DNA of 64,000 bases. It comes from Amoeboaphelidium protococcarum X5. Its lineage: Eukaryota > Fungi > Aphelidiomycota. Under the pieces are notes generated by a model. That model was given only the letters and a program-made list of their open reading frames with translations, had not been told where the DNA came from and searched no databases. The position numbers and the translations under genes are program-made. This document shows, piece by piece, positions 53,902 to 64,000 of this stretch; positions within the stretch are counted from its first letter, which is position 1; the number at the start of each line of letters is the position of its first letter. The stretch covers positions 310,001 to 374,000 of the forward strand of contig JALDTO010000158.1 of assembly GCA_023515725.1 (NCBI GenBank), in the 5' to 3' direction.

Positions 53902-56900
53902 CTACCCCCCTCTCTAAATGGCAGCTGATTCACAGAACTCCTTGAAGATCCATCATAAAAGTAGTCCTTATTCTTTTCAGTAGCTGCCAGAAAAGGAGCA
54001 AGATCTCTTTCATTAACTGTAGCATCAAATCGTGTTCCATCAGGTGACATCAACCAGTAAGTACCGGGAAATCCAACGTCGACAACATGATATGGTCCCT
54101 TCCAATCGAACTCAAACTTATTCATGCTATGATGCTTTAATTTGACCCAATCACCAATCTTGAAGTAATATTCTGGAGCATTCGGATCAAGATTGTGACG
54201 TCTTCTCATACTTTCAGCCTAAGTCTTAGATCTCTCATATGCAGCAGCTCTGGAATCTCCCATAGCTTCAAAAGTTCTTGCCATAATTTCTCCTTTCTCC
54301 TCAAGTTATTCAATCTCATCCAACGGCTGCAAAGTGCACTCAGGAGGACGTGAATCACCTAGTAAACGAGGCTCCACACCATAAAGCATGTAGAATGGTG
54401 ACTTCTTGGTCACTGCATGAGTTCGACAGCGTATTCCAAACAAAGCCTGCTTCAGATACTCGTCCCATCTTTCCGGACGCCCATTAGTTAAAGTAGTTAT
54501 CGCGTGATTGAGCATAGAATGCATTCTCTCTACCATACCATTAGTTTAAGGGTGATAAGGTGCAGTAGCAATTGGTCTAACGCCTTGCATTCTTTCATAT
54601 TTCGCTATACCATCAGCTAAGAATGACTTCGCTCTATCAGACAAGATCTCATAAGGTGCACCGTAATTCATAAAGATATCATTGTAGAGGAAATCTGCAA
54701 CAGTATCAGAATCTCTAAACTTCACAGCTTTAGCAACCACCCAACGAGTAGCGTAATCAATGGCGGTAATGATGTGATTATTACCAGATTTAGTCGTTTA
54801 CAGATCCTGAACAAAGTCGATACCCCATCTCTCGAATGGGAGGGCAACGGGAGGAATAGGACGCAGAGGAGTCTATTACGTGAACTAATTCTTGGAAGCA
54901 TCAAGTTAGCATTGCGCACACTCTTTAATATACTACTTGATGTCGGCATGCATGTCAGGCCACCAGAAACGGCGTTCAATGAGATCAACTATGGAATCAT
55001 ACTTAAAATGACCAAGCCCATCATGGAATCGAGCTATATGAGCATCTCTATCAGACTTCAGCAAGTAAGGTCTCTTCGATCTATTATCAGCCAGAATTCT
55101 GTGCAACTTTCCATGCACCATGATGAAATGTTGACACTCTTACTTACATTTGTCCAATATGTCACTAGATACATCCAGCCATTCGTCCGTCAACAGGCAA
55201 TGCGCAATTACCAGAGGCCAGTCATGCTCTTCATCAAATTCCTTATTGAGCACATTACTTCTGATCAGCTGACATTACAGATCTTGGTCAAAGGATATGG
55301 AAAACAGATCCAACTCTTACGGAGTCACAAACTTTGAAGGATCTAACAAGCATCTGAAATTGTACTTCTCTTCGTCAACCGCATAATCTGAGCGTCTAGA
55401 GAGCAGATCAGCCTTACCATTTCTGGCACCAGGACGATGTGTCAAGACAAAATCAAATTCAGAGAAGAATAGAGACCATCGCGCCTATCTCCTTGTCAGT
55501 TGCTTTGTGGTCATAAAATATTGCAAACTCTTATGATCAGTCAAGACTGTTACTTGATGCTTACCACCTTGCAGAAAGTGGCGCCATTCTTTGAAGCATT
55601 GATGAATTGCCAGTAATTCCTTGTCATAGATCTCATAATTACGCTCAGCAGGATTGAGTTATCTTGAATAGAAGGCGACAGGTTTGAACTCTCCAGAGTC
55701 AGACTACTAAGACAATACACCAGCAATGCCATAATCAGACGCATCTGCTTCGACCACGAAAGGCTTCTCTTCATCCGGATGACTTAGTACAATATTACTA
55801 TTAAACATCTTCTTTAGTGAATCAAATGCATGCTACTTCTCAGCATCCCAAGTAAAAGCAACATCCTTCTTCAGTAGTTAAGTCAGAGGACGCGTCAGAT
55901 CTGCAAAGTGCGGAATAAATTTACGGTAGAAATTCACAAAGCCGTGGAACATCATCACATCCTTTACATTCTTTGGCGTTGGCCATTGAGTAACAGCTTC
56001 GACTTTTCTAGGATCCATGAGAATGCCATCTTTAGAAAGAATATAACCTAGGAAAGACGTGGAGGATTACGCAAACTTGCACTTTGACAGTTTGCAGTAG
56101 AGCTTGTTACAACGGAGAATCTACAAAACTTCGCGTACATGTTACCAATGTTCCTCTTCATCACCATCAGTATATACAACAATGTCATCCAGATACACCA
56201 CAACAAATTTGCCAATCTAATTCTTAAACAGATCATTCATGAATGTTTGAAATTAAGCAGGAGCGTTAGCCAATCCAAAGGGCATCACCAGAAATTCGTA
56301 CTAGCCATACTTGGTGAGAAATGCGGTTTTAGCTTCATGACCAGCTTTGACACGCAAAAGCTCAAAGGCACCATCCAGGTCCAATGCAGTAAACAACTTT
56401 CCTTTTTAAAGAGAGCGGAATAGATCAGAAATGTTAGGTAGAGGATTCCGATTCTTGATAGTGATCTTGTTCAGACCGCGATAGTCCATGCAGAGACGCA
56501 ACTTGGAATCCTATGTCCACTCAGCCTTACGGACGAAGAAGCAGGGAGCACCATATGGTGATTAACTCTTGCGAATAAATCCACGATCCACATTCTTCTA
56601 CAGCCAGTCGCGCATGACAGCATCTTCTTCCTAAGTCAGTTTGTACAACTTACCAACAGGAGGTTTAGCCCCAGGCTCTAAATCTATAGTGCAGTCTTAT
56701 TCACGATGAGGTGGAAGCTCATTCAGCTGTTGCTTCATAAATACATCGCCAAACTCTTGTATCTGGTCAGGAAGAACAGGATCACTTATTTCAGTATCCT
56801 TTTACATTAAGCAAATCTACTCTTGAATGATATCTGATAGGCAATGATAATTTATGATTCCATCTTCATCCTCATAGACAAATCCTGGAATTATGGTATT

Positions 56901-57725
56901 CTCTTCGTCCTTCTAATACATGTCTAATACAGTGGCATTAATGCAAACAAGAGGCGGAGTAGAGATGGAGTCAGAAACAGAAGTAGAAGCGTTAATAGTA
57001 GTAGACTCAGTTAAAGTAACAGGCAGAGTAGAGACAGAGGCAGAGTTAGAATCAGAAACAGAATCAACAACAGTAGAAACAGAGACATGTTCGGAGACAG
57101 AGACAGACTTATTATCAGCAACAGTAGAAACAGAGACATGGTCGGAGACAGAGACAGACTTATGATCAGCAACAGTAGAAACAGAGACGTGATCGGAGAC
57201 AGAGACAGACTTATGATCAGCAGAGACAGAAAGATCACTAACGGAACTGGACTAGAGGTCTGATACTTAATCGGGCTACAATGATATTAACTCCGGCGAG
57301 GTTACGCAATTAGTTAAACAGTACTATGAACCAAATTTTACAGTCACAGCTGACCAATCAATATCAGGATTATGCATTCTTAACCATGAGAAACCAATAA
57401 TTCCCTTTTGAGCAAGTTTTATAACGTAGAATGTGACCGTCTCAATATGATTAGCTATATGCATTTACAGCGGAACAGTTTGATGAGTAATAAAGGTCTT
57501 AGTATTACGGTCACCATCAGCAAAGGATACACAGACTTTACGCTTGCATTTCACTACAGGAATTTCGAACTCGGCCACTAAACTTTCATCTAAAAAGCAA
57601 CTATCAGCGCCTGAATCTAAAAGCATAGGGACAGAAATTTCTTTAGCTCCATATTTTAAGACTGTGGGAAGGATCATTTTAGTAGAGACCTCATAATTCA
57701 GACTTAAAATATATTTCTCAGTTAG
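53847..57725 (-). CDS. Retrotransposon Pol (protease, RT, RNase H, integrase), in frame with Gag
   Basis: LLDSGA; [13 protein letters not shown]; ADASD..YDKELLA..TDHKSL; HHCC, WGIDF..SDRA..NGMVER; GPY motif; stop TGA lies inside the 3' LTR. Confidence 0.93.
57060..57235. repeat. 51-bp tandem repeat (about 3.4 copies) encoding a 17-aa Ser/Val-rich repeat in the PR-RT linker
   Basis: AGCAACAGTAGAAACAGAGAC(A/G)TG.TCGGAGACAGAGACAGACTTAT(G/T)ATC repeats; peptide [17 protein letters not shown]. Confidence 0.9.
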
Positions 57726-58685
57726 TCATCCTTAAGTACGAGTATTCAATAACGAGCAATTAGCCTTGATATGACCAGAGCCACCACAATATAGACACAG
57801 TCTCTAAGACAAACGACGCTGACGCTCCTCTGCGGACAACGGCCCACGCTTAACTTGATCAATATCCATATTATCTGGATTAGGAGGGCCAGGAGTAGAG
57901 GCAGACGAATTGGTAGAAGCAGAGGCCGACTAAGTGGAGGAAGACCTGACAGATGAATACTACTTCTTAGAGTAGTTACTACCACCGCTTAAAGCTTTCA
58001 TGTCAGCAACTCGTTCACCACAACGGATTGCAAGTTTCACCAGATCACTTAGTGTACTAGGCTCATCAGAGGACAACATCATTATGCGTACATCATTGTT
58101 AAGTCCTTCTTTAAATTCGGACTTCAGCGAGATATCATTCCACCCTATTCCAGACGACAGGAATCTAAACTCTGCCGCATAGGCGGAAACCGTCATTGAG
58201 CCTTACTTTAGTCTTCTCAGAGCTTTCTCATCGCAGTCTCTTTGGCTAGCTGGACACAACCACTCCTTGAAACACGCGATGAAGGTGTCAAAGGACTTCA
58301 ACTCTTCTTTATACTGAGAGGGATTCTCAATAATAGGGTCGTAGTACTTGCTGGCTTTCTTAGTCAGAAGCGATCCAACAGTCTTAATCTTAATGTCGTC
58401 GGTGGCAAAGGCGTCCGGATGTAACTCAAACATGAGTTAACACTAATTTACAAACGAACGGAACTCCGACACAGATCCATCAAACTTTTCAGGATATATT
58501 ATTTGCTTCTTCTATGAAGTCGGGGCGACCAGAGGTATAGCAGGCGGCACAGCGGTATAAGCAACATGCGTTTACAATTATTGCATTTAATCAGATAAAT
58601 ATTGTATCTGTTACTGGAGTTGTTGATTAATCAACATCAACTGATTAACATCAACGGCAGGAGTTTAGGAACCAGAACCACTCAT
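57726..58685 (-). CDS. Retrotransposon Gag, 319 aa, with CCHC zinc knuckle
   Basis: ATG 58685; PEKFDGS, LKQGSMTVSAYAAEF, CLYCGGSGHIKANC; ends at TGA 57726-57728. Confidence 0.9.
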
Positions 58686-58705
58686 AATATCAGAACGTGT
58701 TAAGT

Positions 58706-59003
58706 TTTAACTTAGGACAGATTATATACACAATAGGAACAGACAGGAAGTTATATACAAGGACTAGGAGTCAAGCAGAGACACTAACAGAAATACGGGA
58801 AGATAAAATATGTTAATAAGATAAATACTCTAATTAACACGTTAAGTGGAAGAAATCAATGTTCATAAGAGGCGCGCATATATACTGCAGATACTTGCCT
58901 ATTCGAGATCTAATTGATGAAAGAGGCGCGCACTTGAAACAATGTTGATCATCTAAGCCCCATAGAGTCTTCTGTTGATACTTGATCGACGCGTGTGCTA
59001 ACA
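58706..59003 (-). repeat. 5' LTR with TATA-like TATATAT near 58878-58884
   Basis: Starts TGTTAGCAC on the minus strand; duplicate of 53604-53901. Confidence 0.95.
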
Positions 59004-59024
59004 TTCATCCAAATACCTCAAAAA

Positions 59025-59098
59025 GGTGCTATGTTCTAATTCGGTTAGGAATAGAGACTCTGACTCTCTCAATCTCGGTTCAAATCCGAGTAGCACCT
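59025..59098 (+). tRNA. tRNA-Gln(CUG)
   Basis: GGTGCTA/TAGCACC acceptor stem, anticodon arm AGAGA CT-CTG-AC TCTCT, T arm CTCGG TTCAAAT CCGAG, U discriminator, TTTTT terminator. Confidence 0.95.
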
Positions 59099-59169
59099 CT
59101 TTTTGGTTTCTATCACAATTTTTGTCACCTAAAATAAGCGTCTCTTTTTGCTTATACACCTCAGTTTAA

Positions 59170-59979
59170 ATGGAAGAGAGCGGGTAATAAAATCCAGTGA
59201 ATGAATGCTGTGTCAGCGGGTATATACACTAAGGCGAACCAAAGGGTGTTGATTCGTAACTTGATGGAATGGATTGTTACATTAGCGGTTCTGAGGGTGG
59301 AGATACAGCATTGTTAATTCTGACAGATGTGTTTGGTCAAAAGTTTGTGAATGTTAGGCTAGTGGCGGACACTCTCGCTGATAAGTTGGGCATTCCAGCA
59401 TACGTGCCTGATATCGTATTGAATGACCCCATGCCGCTTAACGTATTAGGTATGATGGACGAGCAAATTGGATTCTTCAATCAATGTATTCGTGCTATCA
59501 GACTTACATTCTCGCTGCCCAAACTGGCTTATTGGATGTCTACTCATTCACCCGCAAAAGTCACTCCGGTGGTGTAAAGTTTTATTCTCGCTATGCAGTA
59601 AAAAGGCTATACTAAGATTGCTGTGGTGGGGTTCTGTTTTGGTGGTCTTCACGCCGTCACCAGTGTTGGACCAGTGTCTGAGGCTATAAAGTGTATTGTG
59701 TCCACGCATCCAGCTAAATGGAATCATCCTCATGACCTACAATAGGTATAATGTCCACTGTTAGTTTAGTTTCCATCATAAGATTTCTAATGGAGCTCAT
59801 CCGACATGCTATCAGTCAAGGAGATGTTGAATGCGCGCACGAATAATAGTCGTGTTACAACTTACGATGGTGTAGAACACGGTTGGGCTATTCGCGCTAA
59901 TCCTAATAATTAAAAGGCCATGAAGGCATAATAAGACGCGCTTAAGGAAGCTGTTGACTTTATCAAAGAAAGTCTGTGA
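59170..59979 (+). CDS. Dienelactone hydrolase family protein (Aim2-like), 269 aa
   Basis: CCVSGYIH.GEPKG, LTDVFG, VGFCFGG nucleophile elbow, YDGVEHGWAIR. Confidence 0.9.
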
Positions 59980-60127
59980 CAGCAAGTATACTTTTGCATG
60001 ATCTTTATCAGGAACGCATGTTTAGTACTTGTCCCATGACATTTCGCACCTTTTTCTAGTTTACGTATCCTTTTTCCAATATAGCCTGAGGTAAAACTTT
60101 GCATTTTATTATCACTAAGAAAAACAA

Positions 60128-61371
60128 ATGGTTGAGTTTGCAGATATTGCGTAAATACTCCCGGAGAACACTATATCGCGCTATTTGCGCCCAGTAGATT
60201 TGCTCTAACTATCACTGTGCAATAGAAAGTACCAGAAATTTTTTAAGACTAAAGGGCGTTCGTGAAAGGATCGTATTTGGCGTATTATGGCCCTCTGATG
60301 ACGGCGTTCTGCATCTTTAGACACGCGTATCTCAACTTCAAGCTGACTGCTGATTATGAATACTTCTTCCATGATAGTCTGCATGAGATAGATGAAAAAG
60401 CAAAGAATTATGTGCTTTAATTCTATAGCTTGATTTGGAGCTTTGATGATTTGACTCAGTTCAGGTAGGCCAAGATTTGGTCACTAGCTCTCTCAACACA
60501 TCTGGGAGGTTATGATCTGATGCCTCATCTAGATCCTGTGCCCATAGAGATTGATGGCATGACTGTCTATGCAGATGAAGGAGTACCTGAAGAGTTGAAT
60601 GTCGATTTGGCTGAAGAAGAGATTCTTGGCTTTCCCGCAAAGTAGTTGGTGTCTGCAGTGTCTGAACAGTTTTGTAAATTTATGCGCAGCGGAAAGCCTT
60701 TACCTCGCAAAGTATTATCATACGAGAAGTATGGCCTGTTACGTGAGGCAATAATAAAGTATGGGTTTATAGAGATTTTCGCCATGGCACTAGATCAAGC
60801 TGATAGCAGTGATAATGACGTGAAGTATTTGCGTAAATTGTGTGATTATTTCTCTCTTCAGGATCATTTAACTCCAATAGTAAAAGTATAATGTCTGGAA
60901 TCACTTCTTAAAGGTTATCAATGGTACCGCTTTGATTATGGCAGTAGGTGGTTGCTGCAACTTGGCTGCATCACCCAACAAGAGTACAATCTTCTACTTA
61001 TAAAGCATCTGACAAATCTCCTGTCTCATGAAGATCCGCGTGCTCATTTCTATGAACTAATCACTTATCGCGCCGGAAATGGAGTTAACCAGTTGAATGA
61101 TACTTATTTTGAGGATAAAATGCGCTGGGACGCCATGGAGCGCCAGTATGGGTACTAAAAGCCCCAGTGGCAGTACTTGAAGCCAAGTGTGAAGAATACG
61201 TTAAGCCAGTTGGGCTTTACCTTCTTCTGGGTGTTCTTTTCATTGAAATACATGCGTGGAAAGCCTGATCATTGGCAAGTAACAGTTCTCGTTGCAGTAC
61301 AAGTCTACTTTATTGAAGATCGCGGTATGAACAGAGAGTATGTGATGTCATTTGGTTAGAATGGAAAATGA
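60128..61371 (+). CDS. Hypothetical protein with F-box-like N-terminus; 1-nt frameshift in the T6 run at 60239-60244
   Basis: ILPENTISRYLRPVDLLQLSLCNRKYQKF stops at TGA 60263, while the -1 frame stays open to TGA 61369-61371. Confidence 0.5.
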
Positions 61372-61495
61372 ATTAAATGCAACTATGAATGCTTTATTAT
61401 TATTGCTTGCTGCTACTTAACAATTGATGGGATCGACATCGTCTTCTTTTCATTCATTTGATTCAAAATCGTAAATTATAATTAAATATTCTGTC

Positions 61496-61921
61496 ATGTA
61501 TAACGGTATAGGCCTGCCAACTCCGAGAGGTACTGGCACTAGTGGGCATGTTCAGAAGAATCTGTCTAATCTGAAGCCTCGACATTCTCCATATCACAAG
61601 TCAATTTAAAATGCTCAAGATTCGAAATCGCAAATAGTTTAACGCGACGCCACCAACAGTGACCTGTTGGAGCACGAGCGAAAGAGGAATTTAGAGCTTA
61701 AATGTGTTGAATTAAGAGAGTAATTAGAAGATGAGGGGACATTGAATGAAGCATAAATTGATGAATAGGTGAAATAATTGCGTGCATAATTGAAGCGGTA
61801 ATTAGTATAAGCGGACTCTGCATAGAATCCTTTGGACCAATAGCTGGAATCTCAACGCGTCATGGTGAAGAATAAACGCTTTGCGGATGCCTTGAATATC
61901 CAGCCTTCCTCTTATAATTGA
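61496..61921 (+). CDS. CWC21: Pre-mRNA splicing factor Cwc21, 141 aa
   Basis: [49 protein letters not shown]. Confidence 0.93.
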
Positions 61922-62045
61922 CTTGGAACTAATTTGTATAATAGATATTTTGTATTGAACTTTGCATTCGCCTTGCACTTCCTCTCTTTTTTCATCGTCG
62001 AAGATCAATACTGTATAAACTATCGCTTACAACGAATATTTTAGA

Positions 62046-62766
62046 ATGAGTTGTCTGAGAGAGTTATAGGCTACAGATCTGTTCGGAATATCAAAAATGT
62101 ATGCTTCAATTCGTACATGTATTTTATATCATGTCATTGGTGATACCGTGTAGAAATCTTGATCCACTGACAGAGACTTACAATTTGTCGTATTATTTGA
62201 CTTATTTATTGCGATGGCCCACTTATAATTATAAGACGTGCTCACCGTCATCGTCAGTTATGTCTTAGAACTCACCCGGACAGCCTGCCGTAATTACTGG
62301 ATATGTACTAGGTAAGGCTGAAGGTACTGGTGCTAACTGGCATGGACATGTCACCGCGCTGACCACTCTGAACTCCCATAGAAAGACTGGAGTTGCAAAG
62401 ACTTTGATGAACCACTTGGAATGCGTATCGTAGGAATTTTATGATGGATTCTTTGTGGATCTATTTGTAAGGGTGAGTAATAAGGTGGCTGTACAGATGT
62501 ATACCTCAATGGGTTATGTTGTTTATCGCCGCGTTTTACAGTACTACTCTGGTTGCATCGATCCTAATGGCTCATCTGCTAGTGGCGATGAAGACGCGTT
62601 TGGTAAGACTTTATTTTAGCAATCATGTATCACCTTATGGTCATTGTTGTTGTAATTGATGAAATTGATATTCCATTATGTAGATATGAGGAAAAGTCTT
62701 AGGCGTGATCCACAGAGGCTGTCAATGATACCGTTGAAGCATCCTGTCACTGCAGATGAAGTATGA
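62046..62766 (+). CDS. NAT3: NatB catalytic subunit (NAA20); introns 62099-62153 and 62603-62683
   Basis: NLDPLTETY, GKAEG..WHGHVTAL, FVDLFVRVSN.VA..MY..MGY.VYRRVL.YY, EDAFDMRKSL.RD. Confidence 0.95.
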
Positions 62767-62864
62767 TTATCTAAATGTTTCATCACTGTGTGATGCATTG
62801 TAAACGACGTCAAATTAGTTTAAGATAGGATATATATTTTTATGTAAGAATTCATAAAAGACAT

Positions 62865-63209
62865 TCACGCACCGCCACCTAAGAAAGACGAGACTATACT
62901 CCCAACGGAAGATCCAATACCTGAATTTGTACCAGTATCAGCGACCGAGCCGATTGACTGGGCTAAACCGCCCCAGTTGCCAGACATGGCGGAGCTTACG
63001 ATACCTTAAATTCCAGAGCTAAGAGCACCACCATTGACGGCTCCACCACCACCTCCACCACCACCAAAGCCACCTAGAAGGCCCCCAAGGCCGCCGCTTT
63101 TAAATGAACCACCACCTTTGCCGCCGAGTAGACCCCCGAGGAAGCCAAATGGCAATGCAAGAGATTATAAAATCAAGATTGATATCAAAACTATGCTTAA
63201 AAATTTCAT
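62865..63209 (-). CDS. Small secreted glycine-rich protein, 114 aa
   Basis: Signal peptide, a GGLLGG-rich segment, then ALSSGIQGIVSSAMSGNWGGLAQSIGSVADTGTNSG. Confidence 0.8.
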
Positions 63210-63781
63210 TATTTTAGATGAGCAGTATATTGAGATATGTGTACAGATTGTCGGAAGGGAAAGAGAAGTAATCATACAATGTAAAAATTGGTCGATCTTT
63301 TATATTGATACTGTACTGTTGCAACTCAAGTCACACTGGCTACATTGATTGGACCGATTGGGCCACAATCGGTAACAATACAAAGTCACAATATCGTCTA
63401 GGTATCCTCTAATGGTCACAAGATAATGAGGCCGCGTAGCATATCTATAAGATGACGTAACAGGTTAGATTTATCGATCTCTAAAATAGTAATAGTCTAC
63501 TAACAGTACTAAATCTGCATAAACCTGTAGACGCGTTTGAGGAAGATTGTGTCGATGCCCGCTTTTTATAAACGCGCAGTCAAACATCGTACTAAAGCGT
63601 TTAGTTGATACTCTGCGGATATACTGTAGTAGAAAGGGCTCAAAGTGGTAAAAGACTCGAATCATCTTAAAGGTCACTGCATAGAATGATTTCGATTTCG
63701 GCTAATCTTGTAAAAATCTTCTAAAATTGACATAATATTTATTAAAATCACAAAAGGATATTGAACACCCATACACATACA

Positions 63782-64000
63782 TCACCTGCGCAAGAATCCA
63801 CCGACTAGATTGCCGATAGATGAGCCAAGACCGGTGTTTGTGCCAGTATCTGCAACAGCTCCTATATTAGATGCAAGGCCACTCCAATCACCAGAGAGTG
63901 CTGAGCCAACAATTCCTTGAATTCCTGAGGATAGAGCAGCGGGATCAACATTTGCACTCTTACCTCCCTTATCGAGAGGCCCACCTGCACCAGCACCACC
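63782..64000 (-). CDS. Paralogous glycine-rich protein (5' part lies outside the window)
   Basis: ALSSGIQGIVGSALSGDWSGLASNIGAVADTGTNTGLGSSIG matches 62865-63209; TGA 63782-63784. Confidence 0.8.
   Translation of the reverse strand, partial: GGAGAGGPLDKGGKSANVDPAALSSGIQGIVGSALSGDWSGLASNIGAVADTGTNTGLGSSIGNLVGGFLRR

Larger units (their letters stand above)
53604..59003 (-). mobile_element. Full-length Ty3/Gypsy LTR retrotransposon, 5400 bp
   Basis: Two 298-bp LTRs, TSD TTCAT (53599-53603 and 59004-59008), PPT AGAGAGGGGGGTAG (53902-53915), domain order gag-PR-RT-RH-IN. Confidence 0.97.

Noticed and set aside
54774-55337. 187-aa antisense ORF within the retrotransposon
   Set aside because: It overlaps the RH-IN coding region on the opposite strand with no motif; likely a shadow ORF
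57060-57235. CRISPR-like array
   Set aside because: These are head-to-tail 51-bp repeats without unique spacers, in frame inside a eukaryotic retrotransposon pol
57726-57728. Selenocysteine insertion at the gag-pol UGA
   Set aside because: There is no redox-motif context or evident SECIS element; the CUA 3' context fits leaky termination better
63034-63348. Proline-rich 104-aa ORF on the + strand
   Set aside because: It is antisense to the Gly-rich secreted gene, which has a signal peptide and a paralog

Overview
Gene-dense eukaryotic nuclear DNA from a fungus-like organism that reads TAA/TAG as Gln and uses TGA as the only stop (translation table 6). The supplied ORF track therefore fragments every gene. 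This code plus fungal-type proteins best fits an aphelid such as Amoeboaphelidium (inference). Re-read in table 6, the window holds about 33 mostly intronless genes. These include an Lnt-like nitrilase-fold protein, NOP15, CCT4, a SETD6/Rkm4-like methyltransferase, HSF, a CTL/PNS1 transporter, THR4, SPT16, an SLC26 transporter, a 1430-aa Argonaute, an importin-alpha-like protein, RPL10, a MATA-type HMG protein, a MAK/Ime2 kinase, MDM34, GLR1, a GAD-like decarboxylase, a dienelactone hydrolase, CWC21, NAT3 and several small secreted proteins. A decayed-transposon patch lies at about 25-29 kb. The highlight is 52.9-59.1 kb: a tRNA gene with a CUA (amber-reading) anticodon and a tRNA-Gln(CUG) gene, with an intact, young Ty3/Gypsy element between them. 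The element is written in the host code, sits 21 bp upstream of the tRNA-Gln(CUG), appears to self-prime like Tf1, and joins gag to pol by an in-frame UGA-CUA readthrough signal. All six coding-region introns end in TGTAG. A structured ncRNA candidate lies at about 38.2-38.4 kb. Coordinates were read by hand, and product calls rest on motif recognition, not database searches.
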